From positions 9,429 to 73,428 of IMG/VR virus record IMGVR_UViG_3300031787_000010: 64,000 bases of DNA; one strand, 5' to 3'. Within the stretch, counting starts at the first letter, position 1. The number at the start of each line of letters is the position of its first letter. The DNA is from a virus. Its lineage: Duplodnaviria > Heunggongvirae > Uroviricota > Caudoviricetes. The notes under the pieces were generated by a model that saw only the letters and a list, made by a program, of their open reading frames with translations, made no database searches and had not been told where the DNA came from. Position numbers and translations under genes: made by a program. Positions 29,381 through 38,690 of this stretch are shown one piece after another.

Positions 29381-29848
29381 CTACTGATTATGCACCGTGG
29401 TAATTTGTAGTATTTTGTACTCTACTGTACTCGACGGTAGTTTAACTTTTACCACATCCTTTACTTTTTTTCCTTTCATCGATTGTCCAATTGGTGAGGA
29501 AATCGTGACATGATTATATTTTTCATCACCATCGTCGATATCACCTAATACAAACTTAAAATATTCAATTTTACTAGTATTTAAATTTCTAGCTTTAACT
29601 ATGGAACCAATATGCACCGCATCTTTCGGTAATAAATTTATATCTATTTTACGATATGACTCCAAACGTTCTAATAACTGGTGTAGCCTGACGCCGATGA
29701 AATGTTGACGTTCTGCTATAGCAGAATAGTCGGAGTTTTCTCGTATGTCACCCATTGACACTGCCGAATCAAACTCTTGTGGGATAGTAACAGATAATTC
29801 ATATTTTAACTGTTCTATTTCTTCTATTAAATTTTTTAATGGATCCAT
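29381..29848 (-). CDS. greA: transcription elongation factor GreA/GreB
   Basis: A..MGDIRENSDY acidic tip, IGS.V, ISSPIG...KGKKV.D.V. Confidence 0.88.
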   Translation of the reverse strand: MDPLKNLIEEIEQLKYELSVTIPQEFDSAVSMGDIRENSDYSAIAERQHFIGVRLHQLLERLESYRKIDINLLPKDAVHIGSIVKARNLNTSKIEYFKFVLGDIDDGDEKYNHVTISSPIGQSMKGKKVKDVVKVKLPSSTVEYKILQITTVHNQ

Positions 29849-29869
29849 AAAAACACCCTATACAAAGTA

Positions 29870-29912
29870 ATACAGAATGGAAACGAGTTATATACCCATT
29901 TCCATTCTGTAT
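29870..29912 (-). terminator. hairpin, probable terminator
   Basis: ATACAGAATGGAAA/TTTCCATTCTGTAT inverted repeat. Confidence 0.6.
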
Positions 29913-29949
29913 AAGTATTTCGAGAGTTTTTTAAACTATCGTAATTATA

Positions 29950-30258
29950 TTACGCGATAGTCCACTCTGAAATAGCACGTCCACGAGCCGCCGGTCGAGT
30001 CGAAGCCGTCATACCAACGTACTCAAAGTTAGGTTCACGGAGAACCGAGTTGATGAACGAAAGACGGGTACGAACCTGCTGTGGACGGACCCCTTCACGG
30101 TCAAGATAACGATGAGCGTCATCAGCCGTAACAGTACCCTCTGTACGCTTACGAGCGAGACTATAAAGATACGAACGCATCCGGTTAGCGGTACGGTCGA
30201 ACTCTTCGTTCGTGAAGGTCTTGACGGTGAAACGGCGAGTAGTGTTCTTGTTAGCCAT
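29950..30258 (-). CDS. basic hypothetical protein (GC-richer, highly-expressed-type codons)
   Basis: SD AGGAGG before MANKN; own promoter and terminator. Confidence 0.7.
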   Translation of the reverse strand: MANKNTTRRFTVKTFTNEEFDRTANRMRSYLYSLARKRTEGTVTADDAHRYLDREGVRPQQVRTRLSFINSVLREPNFEYVGMTASTRPAARGRAISEWTIA

Positions 30259-30333
30259 ACTTCCTCCTAAAAATAACATTTATACAAGGTTGATATTATA
30301 GTATCTTGATGCCTTGTTCATCAAAGATACTGA

Positions 30334-30362
30334 ATCTTAATCAAATTACTGTGTCTTGTCAA
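30334..30362 (-). promoter_or_regulatory. sigma70-type promoter
   Basis: TTGACA-17-TAAGAT. Confidence 0.65.
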
Positions 30363-30380
30363 GGGGGTATTTAAACTATA

Positions 30381-30629
30381 TTAAATACACTCAACAAAAT
30401 TAAAGTCAGAATCTACAATATATACCTTCTGTTGAATTTTCTGACCTAGAGAAACACACTTGGCGGCCAACGTGTCACGGTCTGTATCGCCGTACCAAAT
30501 CTTACCAAATTCACGGGTACCAATACCGATATTCATTACGCCGCTGTTGTGTACCATACGTCCAGTAGGTCCAAACTCTTCAATTGCTGCATTTACTGCA
30601 GGCTGTACATCTTCTTCTGTCCAAAACAT
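30381..30629 (-). CDS. hypothetical protein
   Basis: ORF, SD GAGG. Confidence 0.6.
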   Translation of the reverse strand: MFWTEEDVQPAVNAAIEEFGPTGRMVHNSGVMNIGIGTREFGKIWYGDTDRDTLAAKCVSLGQKIQQKVYIVDSDFNFVECI

Positions 30630-30636
30630 AATAACC

Positions 30637-30975
30637 TCAATTTGAGATTGTTGCAGTGTCCGCTTGATCTAGGGCATCTACCTCTAGAGCGTAACACCTC
30701 CAGCAGAGACACATCGTTTCAGGAAGATAGGAATCTCTGCGTGTTCCGTATTTCCCACAAATTTCACATATACGTGCAGATTCACGTTCTATTTTATATG
30801 TTACGCAATTTATAACATATTGGCGGTCTTTGTCAATAGCCTCTATTTCTATTCGCAACATTCCTAAATGTCTTTTAATAGATAATACTTTACTTTCTGG
30901 AAATAGAGTTAATAACGTTTGTATCTTTTGTTCAAACGCTTCTACCCATCCTGTTTTAAAATTGCGTAATATCAT
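30637..30975 (-). CDS. hypothetical protein with C-terminal Zn finger
   Basis: KRHLGMLRI...ERESARICEICG...CLCWRC. Confidence 0.65.
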   Translation of the reverse strand: MILRNFKTGWVEAFEQKIQTLLTLFPESKVLSIKRHLGMLRIEIEAIDKDRQYVINCVTYKIERESARICEICGKYGTRRDSYLPETMCLCWRCYALEVDALDQADTATISN

Positions 30976-31140
30976 GTTGTTTATTATTTTAGCGTTTTCT
31001 TTTTGCTACTTTTTCTTTTATAAGAGTTTACTATAGCGCAAACGATTCCTGCACGGGAAGTTTAGCAAATCCCGTAGTAAACGTAATAATTGTCATTTCG
31101 GCGCCTAGTTTTACTTAATATACTGACTAATTTTTTGTTG

Positions 31141-31305
31141 TCAAGAGGTGAATGGTAATTTTTTCATTTCATTGAAGATTTCACTCGACGTATCTTCTAC
31201 CACATCTTCTTTTTTAACCTCAACTTTCTTCGGTGCTGGTTTTTGAGCTACCTTTTTTTGAATTTTCTTGATAAGTGAGGCTACCTCTTTATCGGTTGGA
31301 AACAT
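31141..31305 (-). CDS. 54-aa hypothetical protein
   Basis: Manual translation MFPTDKEVASLIKKIQKK...; below the ORF-track cutoff. Confidence 0.5.
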   Translation of the reverse strand: MFPTDKEVASLIKKIQKKVAQKPAPKKVEVKKEDVVEDTSSEIFNEMKKLPFTS

Positions 31306-31318
31306 TAATCATCCTTTG

Positions 31319-31744
31319 TTAAAGTATATTTTCTTCTTCGTCGTCATCTTCTTCAAATAACTTACGAAGTCCATCAATCTCTTCTTCTGAAAGATATGAT
31401 TTTTCTTCACCATTATCTTTGATTTTATCAATCAAATCTTCTAACGATGTGGCCGCGTACTTACCATCTATAGTTCTGTATAACATACCACCACGCGGGC
31501 CCATCTGATCATTCATTTTGTCTACCAAGTTTTCTACCATAGCAGTAAACTGTCCAAACCCGTTACCCAATTTATTTAAGAACATATCTTGTTGTTGCAT
31601 TCTATTAAGAATATTACCCAATCCATTGTGCATCTGTGACGATAAGAACTTTATACCGACGATATCACGAATTAAAAGAATCACAGCAAACAATAAAACT
31701 ATGTTCACTACTACTAAAAAACCTACAATTAAAGTTATATTCAT
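31319..31744 (-). CDS. membrane-anchored hypothetical protein
   Basis: N-terminal TM, acidic tail. Confidence 0.6.
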   Translation of the reverse strand: MNITLIVGFLVVVNIVLLFAVILLIRDIVGIKFLSSQMHNGLGNILNRMQQQDMFLNKLGNGFGQFTAMVENLVDKMNDQMGPRGGMLYRTIDGKYAATSLEDLIDKIKDNGEEKSYLSEEEIDGLRKLFEEDDDEEENIL

Positions 31745-31760
31745 ATACTTTTCCTATAAA

Positions 31761-32075
31761 TTAACCGATACCAAATCCATACAATCTTGATATTTGTGGT
31801 GGTACTTTTGATACATCAATTTGTTCAAACTCATCAAGTATTGTATTGTGCTTAAACCAAAGTTTTTCACCTGATTGTATATACGGACGAACTGTGTTCA
31901 ACAAAGTTTCCTCAATAACAGCATATTGATATAAATTATTATCTGCTAAATCAGATTCGTTTTCACGAACAGTTTGTATTGCTCGTTCAAGAGATGTAAA
32001 TATTGCTGGAGTTCGTCGATTACCTAAAACTGGATCACCTAACACATCCAGAACTGTTATCGCATATACAATCAT
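31761..32075 (-). CDS. hypothetical protein
   Basis: ORF; Y.YAVIEE pattern common in phage proteins. Confidence 0.6.
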   Translation of the reverse strand: MIVYAITVLDVLGDPVLGNRRTPAIFTSLERAIQTVRENESDLADNNLYQYAVIEETLLNTVRPYIQSGEKLWFKHNTILDEFEQIDVSKVPPQISRLYGFGIG

Positions 32076-32455
32076 TTAAGGTACTCGTCTTGCGAAGGCC
32101 AACCATTATTTTTACGTTCTCCTTCGGCTGGAAAAATACCACTTATACGTTTATACTCGTCCAACTCATCTGTTAATTGTAACATACTCAATCGTAATTG
32201 ATTTGTCAACTCTAACTGATGATAATATTTTTCTTTCCATTCATCTAGTTCTTTTTGAAGTTGATGCAATTCTTCTTTTACTGCGTCTAACTCTTCCCGA
32301 AGTTCCTTTCGCAATTCAAGGTGTTCAGTAAAATCTTGTTTACGTTTGTCAGAAGGTTTATTTATAAACTTAAATATTGCCCCGACAAATAACCCCGCGA
32401 CTGTGGCTAAAATTGCAGAATTAAATTCTTGTATAAAATGTGGGGTCGATACCAT
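32072..32455 (-). CDS. single-TM coiled-coil protein
   Basis: TM then LRKELREELD...WKEKYY coiled coil. Confidence 0.6.
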   Translation of the reverse strand: MVSTPHFIQEFNSAILATVAGLFVGAIFKFINKPSDKRKQDFTEHLELRKELREELDAVKEELHQLQKELDEWKEKYYHQLELTNQLRLSMLQLTDELDEYKRISGIFPAEGERKNNGWPSQDEYLK

Positions 32456-32514
32456 AGTTTCAATTTCTCCAGTAGGGTAATATAAAGTTATTTACCTTTA
32501 TAAAACCGTAATGT

Positions 32515-32721
32515 TTACTTTCGAAACCATCCTTTTGAACGATGTGATAAGTGAAAAGTTAAAGTGGAAACTCCTATAATAAATAGAGTATGCCAATGAG
32601 AATCTTCCACCGATACCACAAAAGAACCTATCAGTAATCCGAGTAAAAATATCATTGTACTACAAAACCCGTTATTACTGGACTCTTGTGTGTTCATACG
32701 ATTCTCCAAGAAAAACGTCAC
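32515..32721 (-). CDS. small 2-TM membrane protein
   Basis: Two hydrophobic segments; start uncertain. Confidence 0.4.
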   Translation of the reverse strand: MTFFLENRMNTQESSNNGFCSTMIFLLGLLIGSFVVSVEDSHWHTLFIIGVSTLTFHLSHRSKGWFRK

Positions 32722-32740
32722 AACAATATATAGATGGAAA

Positions 32741-32995
32741 TTATTTCAAATTATCAAGAACAAATGAATTACACAAATTTTCTGCCTTCATAACAATTAG
32801 AGTATCTCTCGCTGAACGTGAAATACTCAATAGAGATGGACAGATTGCTTCCCGACGTGCCATCTGTCTACCAGTAAATTTGTCAAACGCAACTAAACTA
32901 ATTTTATAACCAAGAATCACGATCGATATAATTACAATATAAGTAAACAACTTACTAGCACTACGCGATAGGGATTCTACACTAATAGGACTCAT
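32741..32995 (-). CDS. membrane-anchored hypothetical protein
   Basis: TM segment, two Cys. Confidence 0.5.
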   Translation of the reverse strand: MSPISVESLSRSASKLFTYIVIISIVILGYKISLVAFDKFTGRQMARREAICPSLLSISRSARDTLIVMKAENLCNSFVLDNLK

Positions 32996-32998
32996 AGT

Positions 32999-33187
32999 TT
33001 ATTCCTCTTCTTCAAGTTCATCGTCGTTTAACTCAATATCATCGATAACTTCGATACCAACGATACCATCTTGGTCTAATAAATCACACATATCAACAGC
33101 AGAATATAATGTGTCTAACGCATCTTCTTCAGTTTCTCCTTTAATTATAAGTTTAACATACGCGTTATAATTGTTTAATTTGTCCAT
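32999..33187 (-). CDS. acidic hypothetical protein
   Basis: Start adjusted to MDKLNN (SD GAGG). Confidence 0.6.
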   Translation of the reverse strand: MDKLNNYNAYVKLIIKGETEEDALDTLYSAVDMCDLLDQDGIVGIEVIDDIELNDDELEEEE

Positions 33188-33218
33188 AATTAATTTCCTC
33201 AAAAATTTGGATGTAATA

Positions 33219-33300
33219 AGTATACCCCCCAAACAAATAAATGTCAACCTTTGTTAAATTAAATTTTAAACTTGACATCGAAGGGTCACACCGTTATATA
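33219..33300. promoter_or_regulatory. back-to-back sigma70 promoters at the strand switch
   Basis: Minus TTGACA(33247-33242)-17-TATACT; plus TTGACA(33272)-17-TATATA. Confidence 0.75.
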
Positions 33301-33338
33301 TAATGTACGCGAACGTTAAACACTGACTTGGAGTTGAT

Positions 33339-33560
33339 ATGGAAACGTTGTACGTCATTGGTATTATAACTTTATTTATTTGTATTAGTTATATGGTTAT
33401 ATTACCTATATTATGGAAACGTATGAATAAATTTAATCAAAGTTTATTTGAACGTTGTTGGGAGCACGAAAAGTTCTTAATGACTATTTATGATAGGTGT
33501 GACGAGCAGATTCAAGAAGAAATAGAAAAATATCTTAATAACGTACCTCCTTTACGATAA
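33339..33560 (+). CDS. membrane-anchored hypothetical protein
   Basis: SD GGAG, N-terminal TM. Confidence 0.6.
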   Translation: METLYVIGIITLFICISYMVILPILWKRMNKFNQSLFERCWEHEKFLMTIYDRCDEQIQEEIEKYLNNVPPLR

Positions 33561-33572
33561 CATGGAGTTTGT

Positions 33573-34043
33573 ATGCCACCACGCAAAAAGCGAATCACCA
33601 AAAAAGCATTGTTTCAAAAAACTATCGAAATTATCCAACCCATCCTGCGATTGAGTGACTGGAAGATTATGGTGGTTTTTTCCCATTCTCAGCGGATGAA
33701 AGAGACGGCAACGTGTGAAGCTGCACCAGAGTATAAAGTAGCTAAAATTAGATTAAATTCATACGAAATGCCCAATCTATCTCATGAAGAAATCGTATCC
33801 ACCGCCATTCACGAAATGTTGCATTGTGTCTTGTGGGAATTGGGAGAATGGGGATATAAACTTAGCCGAAAGGACGAGACTAAATTAGAATTGAGTAGAA
33901 AATATGAAGAAGCAGCCGTCACCAATCTAGAAAAGATTTTTTTACCTCTTCTAGAAGAAACCATCAACGCTGAACTTAAGGTACACGGATATTATGGGGT
34001 TGACTTGACTTTTACTGATTTCGGTGTGTCTACCGAAAGATAA
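33573..34043 (+). CDS. HEXXH metalloprotease-like protein
   Basis: STAIHEMLHC. Confidence 0.6.
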   Translation: MPPRKKRITKKALFQKTIEIIQPILRLSDWKIMVVFSHSQRMKETATCEAAPEYKVAKIRLNSYEMPNLSHEEIVSTAIHEMLHCVLWELGEWGYKLSRKDETKLELSRKYEEAAVTNLEKIFLPLLEETINAELKVHGYYGVDLTFTDFGVSTER

Positions 34044-34275
34044 ATAATACTTATATAGGTAAGTTTAGAAAGGGTTTATGTAACAGAAATGTTATATAAG
34101 CCCTTTCGTTTTTTACACACTTTAATGTATTGTATATTATGATACACACTATTATTGATGTTTGGGGATACTTAAACATTATAATGGTTATAGTACTAAT
34201 ACTGTTTGGGTTAAACCCCAGCGGGTTTCTTGATGTGGTAGATTGGGTTCATCGTCGTTATGTTAACATACACAA

Positions 34276-34785
34276 ATGGATACGAAATCTATGGCAAAAG
34301 AACAAAGTAATTTAGATCCAAAGATGGCACTTAAGAAAACCCAAATCGAAGCATCTATTGACCTCAAACGCCAAGAGTTGATGGCTGATTTGGAACTTAA
34401 GAAAACTGAAAATGAATTGCGTAAAATGGAAGCTCATTCGACGGCAAAAGATGTCGCCAGTAAGTTTATTGGTAAGACGGCAATTCCGTGGATTGTACTA
34501 TTAGTTATTGTCGGCGTTGTATCAAGTGCATTCCTCCCATCTGAATCACTCCCGGCAGTTATCGGATTAGTGTCTACTGCGGTAATGGCATTTATCACGA
34601 TGTTGAGTGGTATCACGGGGACTAGAGAAAAAGAAGAGAAGCCGGAAATTGAAATCATCAAGAGCCTTATCAAGCAATTGGATGAAGCTCGTGAACCAAT
34701 GAACGTAGAATTGGATGGTGATAATGTAGTAGTGTCAAAAGGCAACACCACAATGAAAACCACAGGCAAGAAAAGAGGAAGATAA
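34276..34785 (+). CDS. 2-TM membrane protein (holin-like context)
   Basis: Two TM helices flanked by charged regions. Confidence 0.55.
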   Translation: MDTKSMAKEQSNLDPKMALKKTQIEASIDLKRQELMADLELKKTENELRKMEAHSTAKDVASKFIGKTAIPWIVLLVIVGVVSSAFLPSESLPAVIGLVSTAVMAFITMLSGITGTREKEEKPEIEIIKSLIKQLDEAREPMNVELDGDNVVVSKGNTTMKTTGKKRGR

Positions 34786-35150
34786 TGTTCATACCAAATA
34801 AAACCTTTCATGCAATAAGAGTAAGCATACTATCGGTTATTACTGTTTTGTTGCTTGTCATTGCCGTCGAATCGGTTTTATATATTCAGTTGTCACAAGA
34901 CACTAATAAAAAACTTACGGATTTATCTGCAACGTTAGATTCAATATCAAATAAAACATCTAACAAGCATAGAGTTGTAGATAATCAAATAACAGATGCC
35001 GTAACATCTATCAGAGAAGTGTCAACTGGTATAAACGTTATCAACGAACAACTAACTACCAACAAGCGATTAGTCCAAATACTCATCGATAATGAATGTA
35101 AAGTTCAGCCATATTATATGGATAGTCGATTGAGGGAGTTTTGTCAATAA
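34785..35150 (+). CDS. single-TM coiled-coil protein (i-spanin-like)
   Basis: N-terminal TM plus periplasmic coiled coil with two Cys. Confidence 0.45.
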   Translation: MFIPNKTFHAIRVSILSVITVLLLVIAVESVLYIQLSQDTNKKLTDLSATLDSISNKTSNKHRVVDNQITDAVTSIREVSTGINVINEQLTTNKRLVQILIDNECKVQPYYMDSRLREFCQ

Positions 35151-35167
35151 TCTTTTTGGAGAAAGGT

Positions 35168-35518
35168 ATGCTTAAAGGCTTTACACAAATTTTCAAAGAC
35201 AGTAATGATTGGAATGAAAAAACAATTATTGGGTTTATGTCATTTGCTGTAATGGTTGCGATTGCAGTTGTAGATTTGGTCACAGGATTGGAAGGGGTAA
35301 ATCTAGAAATTAAAGATTATATCTATCAATCGTTTGTGTACCTTACAATCGGTTCTTTTGGTATTGCCGGTTTGGAAAAGTTTTCACCTGTAGCTAAGGC
35401 ACGTGCTGAAGCAGAAATTTCTAGTGGTGATTCTTCTAGTTCGGTTGACGTAGATGTAAACATAGGAACGGGTAACTGTACTTGCCCAAGTTGCGGTACT
35501 GAATTTAACAACGGATAA
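35168..35518 (+). CDS. 2-TM holin-like protein
   Basis: NEKTIIGFMSF...GSFGIAGLEKF; upstream of endolysins; start adjusted. Confidence 0.5.
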   Translation: MLKGFTQIFKDSNDWNEKTIIGFMSFAVMVAIAVVDLVTGLEGVNLEIKDYIYQSFVYLTIGSFGIAGLEKFSPVAKARAEAEISSGDSSSSVDVDVNIGTGNCTCPSCGTEFNNG

Positions 35519-35522
35519 TACT

Positions 35523-36128
35523 ATGTTTACCCGAGAACAGATAGAAGATGCTGTAAAGGAAAACGGTTATGTGTGGTTCGAGGGCCCTAAAGATTTTGAC
35601 TTAAATATAGTTGGTGTTCGTAATCTTATGCCGACTATAAATAAAAAAGTTACAAATCTTTTTGATGATTGGATGACCGTCTCCTATAAAGCAGGTGGCG
35701 TGTGGAAGTTTCATTGTTGGCCATGCACCACAGATCCCGGCACAAAAGCCGTCAAGGAATTCAGTAATCCAAAAGGTGTGGCACGGTTGGTTCCAGGACA
35801 ATATCGTGGTTCGCATACAATTGGATTGCATCAAGGAAAATACGAAGCACTTCGGCAACATCGTCCAGTTAAAGTATTTCGTGATGCAAACAAAGATATG
35901 ACGTTTGATGAGAACGTAATTGACGTTGGAATCTTTGGTATTAACATTCATCGTTCAAATCCAAAAACAGAATCCACTTATGTAGAAAATTGGAGTGAAG
36001 GATGTCAAGTATTTAAACGAGTCAAAGATTTTGATTTGTTTATGAGTATTTGTAATAAAGCAAAGGTTATTCACGGTAATAGTTTTAGTTATACGTTATT
36101 AACCTCTGGAGATATTCGATGCAATTAG
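35523..36128 (+). CDS. L,D-transpeptidase-like (YkuD-fold) cell wall enzyme
   Basis: GINIH(x12)WSEGCQV, similar to the His...SxGC catalytic motif. Confidence 0.55.
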   Translation: MFTREQIEDAVKENGYVWFEGPKDFDLNIVGVRNLMPTINKKVTNLFDDWMTVSYKAGGVWKFHCWPCTTDPGTKAVKEFSNPKGVARLVPGQYRGSHTIGLHQGKYEALRQHRPVKVFRDANKDMTFDENVIDVGIFGINIHRSNPKTESTYVENWSEGCQVFKRVKDFDLFMSICNKAKVIHGNSFSYTLLTSGDIRCN

Positions 36129-36721
36129 ATAAACTAAAAGGACACGTTCCCGATGCGGTATTAAGTCAAATTCCACAAGTAATGGAAAAATTCCAAATTA
36201 ATACCCCATTGAGATTGTGTCACTTTTTAGCACAATGTGCACACGAAAGTGGTAACTTTAAGGCAGTAACAGAAAATTTAAATTATAGTCCCGTATCATT
36301 ACTAAAAGTATTTGGTAAATATTTTAATGAAAAGAACGTAGAAGCATATGCACGTAAACCAGAAAAGATTGCTAACCTCGTATACGGAAATAGAATGGGT
36401 AATGGTCCAGAAAGTAGTGGTGATGGATTTAAGTATCGAGGCCGTGGATATATCCAACTAACGGGTAAAGTCAACTACCAATCATTTGATAAAGTAGTAG
36501 ATGAAGATATTACCACAAACCCAGACTTGGTAGCAACAAAATATCCATTATTATCTGCGGCATGGTTCTGGAACTCCAGAGCGTTGAATGCGTTAGCTGA
36601 CAAGGGTGCAAGTGAATTAGATGTAACCGCTATTACCAAAAAGGTAAATGGTGGGACACACGGATTGGTTGATCGTATTGAGAAATTCAATAAATTCTAC
36701 GGGGTCTTGACAAAAAATTAA
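36119..36721 (+). CDS. GH19 (chitinase-like) endolysin
   Basis: FLAQCAHESG, YRGRGYIQLTGK.NY, AAWFW, VNGG..GL.DR. Confidence 0.92.
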   Translation: MQLDKLKGHVPDAVLSQIPQVMEKFQINTPLRLCHFLAQCAHESGNFKAVTENLNYSPVSLLKVFGKYFNEKNVEAYARKPEKIANLVYGNRMGNGPESSGDGFKYRGRGYIQLTGKVNYQSFDKVVDEDITTNPDLVATKYPLLSAAWFWNSRALNALADKGASELDVTAITKKVNGGTHGLVDRIEKFNKFYGVLTKN

Positions 36722-36763
36722 TTTAGTCTATATTTAAAGTTGTATGACTAAATGAGGTTACTT

Positions 36764-37129
36764 ATGAAAAAGAAAATATTTGTATTCGGAAGTAATCTTG
36801 CGGGGCGACACGGAAAAGGTGCCGCCCTTCGAGCTTATCAAGAACACGGTGCGATATACGGTCAAGGTGTGGGATTACAAGGTAATAGTTACGCCATACC
36901 AACAAAAGACGAAAACATACAATCGTTACCATTAAATAAAATTGAAAGATATGTACAACAGTTTATCAAATTCGCAAAACTAAACCCAGATTTACAATTT
37001 GAAGTAACACGGGTTGGGTGTGGACTTGCTGGATACGAGGACAACGATATTGCTCCGATGTTCACCGAAGCGCCTTCTAATTGTATATTACCGGTAGGAT
37101 GGAGAGCATATGCCAGTACGTCAAACTAA
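36764..37129 (+). CDS. A1S_2505-like (macro-domain-like) phage protein
   Basis: IFVFGSNLAGRHGKGAA...YAIPTK...VGCGLAG; own promoter TTGACA at 36707. Confidence 0.7.
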   Translation: MKKKIFVFGSNLAGRHGKGAALRAYQEHGAIYGQGVGLQGNSYAIPTKDENIQSLPLNKIERYVQQFIKFAKLNPDLQFEVTRVGCGLAGYEDNDIAPMFTEAPSNCILPVGWRAYASTSN

Positions 37130-37406
37130 AGAATTTTTACAACAGAAGCCGGTGACCTTGACAGAAACGGAAGAACATCTTATTGTTAAGCGTAAGTGGT
37201 GGGCCGTCACGTTGTTAATTATCGGTGGCATTATATTAGCAGGACGATTACCGCTTCCACTTTCTCTTCCTTATGTCTTGTTTTTCTTTGGTCACGGTGG
37301 TATGCTACATTCGTTCTATTTGAAACGAGATATTCCAATGGTCATCGTAAATTCCGTATGGTTATTGATTGATGCCGTTGGAGCGTATCGGTGGATTGGG
37401 TCGTAA
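37110..37406 (+). CDS. 3-TM membrane protein
   Basis: Hydrophobic segments. Confidence 0.55.
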   Translation: MPVRQTKEFLQQKPVTLTETEEHLIVKRKWWAVTLLIIGGIILAGRLPLPLSLPYVLFFFGHGGMLHSFYLKRDIPMVIVNSVWLLIDAVGAYRWIGS

Positions 37407-37560
37407 AATCTCCATGCATCAAAATCTGTAAGATGGATAATAATATCTGTATAGGATGTTATCGTACTATTTCAGAGATTTCTAGATGGAAAACGCATAA
37501 CGGCTTGACAAAAGTTTGGATATGGTGTAAGATACTAATCCGAAAAATTTGGAGTTAGAT

Positions 37561-38088
37561 ATGCCAAATGTTTTTTTAATTTCTGATACGCATTTCGGAC
37601 ATGACAATATGTACCGATTTACGAACGCAGATGGAACACGGGTACGCCATCAGTTTGCGAACGCAGCTGAAGGTGACCAAACGATGATTGAAAATTGGAA
37701 TAACGTAGTAAAACCTACGGATAAAGTATACCATTTGGGTGATGTCTTTATAAATCGAAAAGCTCGATTTATTTTAGAAGCACTTAATGGTAAAAAAGTA
37801 CTTATCAAAGGTAATCACGACATCTTTGATTTGGATAATTATGTACCTTATTTTAAAGACATTCGTGCTTACCATGTACTAGATAAATTCATAATTAGTC
37901 ACATCCCGATTCATAAAGATTCAATCGAACGCTTTAGGGGGAATGTACACGGACATCTTCACAGTAATGTGGTACGGCTTGACAATTCGAGCAATCCAGA
38001 TGTACATTACAAGTCGGTATGTGTAGAACATATTAATTACACACCAATTGAATTGTCGGAAATACAAACTTATTTTAATAGTATTTAA
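37561..38088 (+). CDS. calcineurin-like metallophosphoesterase
   Basis: SDTHFGH, HLGD, GNHD, SHIP, HGHLH; promoter TTGACA(37505)-17-TAAGAT. Confidence 0.9.
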   Translation: MPNVFLISDTHFGHDNMYRFTNADGTRVRHQFANAAEGDQTMIENWNNVVKPTDKVYHLGDVFINRKARFILEALNGKKVLIKGNHDIFDLDNYVPYFKDIRAYHVLDKFIISHIPIHKDSIERFRGNVHGHLHSNVVRLDNSSNPDVHYKSVCVEHINYTPIELSEIQTYFNSI

Positions 38089-38108
38089 TACTTATTTAAG
38101 ATTGGGAC

Positions 38109-38137
38109 TTGACAAACTCAACACGCTGGTGTATAAT
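38109..38137 (+). promoter_or_regulatory. consensus sigma70 promoter opening the RNA island
   Basis: TTGACA-17-TATAAT with TG extension. Confidence 0.85.
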
Positions 38138-38146
38138 TAAAGTGTG

Positions 38147-38284
38147 GTCGGAATTACCCCCGAGTAATCGGGCAGTCCAAAAGACGGTTAGATAATCTCC
38201 TTCCACATAAAAGGTTTACTTTCCGAGTTCCCGGCCTCCGACAACGAGGAAATAACTCCGACGTATGGCTCACGACACGAGCCA
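38147..38284 (+). ncRNA. unassigned structured RNA
   Basis: Closing stem GTCGGA/TCCGAC, CCCGA-GTAA-TCGGG, TGGCTC/GAGCCA; no ORF. Confidence 0.4.
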
Positions 38285-38290
38285 CTCTAC

Positions 38291-38362
38291 GCCGCGTTCG
38301 TCTATCGGTTAGGACATAGCCCTTTCAAGGCTAGAAGGCGGGTTCGATTCCCGCACGCGGTA
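38291..38362 (+). tRNA. trnE: tRNA-Glu(UUC)
   Basis: Cloverleaf, loop CTTTCAA. Confidence 0.93.
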
Positions 38363-38386
38363 CTTGGTGCACCGAAGCGCAGTCGA

Positions 38387-38608
38387 GGTGATGAAATGAA
38401 AGAACGTGCAAAATCTTTCAGCCAAAAGTTCCCGTCAGCTTCAATGGTTGTCTGACGTTAAACAATGAATCATTCCGTTTCCACGACACGGGATACGCTG
38501 TGGGGTTGGTTAGTGCTTTCTTACCAAACAAGAAACGCAAAGGTTAAGGGGAGCGGGTCTAGACCGCGCGACATCCTTGGGTAACTGGAAACTACCTCAA
38601 TTGTCACC
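38387..38608 (+). ncRNA. unassigned structured RNA
   Basis: Closing GGTGAT/GTCACC, TGAAAGA/TCTTTCA, CGTCAG/CTGACG, TTTCTT/AAGAAA stems. Confidence 0.4.
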
Positions 38609-38615
38609 CCTCTGA

Positions 38616-38686
38616 TGCCCACTCGTATAATGGCAATACAGTTGACTTTGGATCAACGAATCGTGGTTCGATTCCATGGTGGGCAA
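38616..38686 (+). tRNA. trnQ: tRNA-Gln(UUG)
   Basis: Cloverleaf, loop CTTTGGA, U1-A72. Confidence 0.93.
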
Positions 38687-38690
38687 TAAC

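Noticed and set aside
31034-31099. Thr/Ile-rich leader peptide MTIITFTTGFAKLPVQESFAL with hairpin
   Set aside because: Weak SD, no terminator U-tract, and the downstream gene is not biosynthetic
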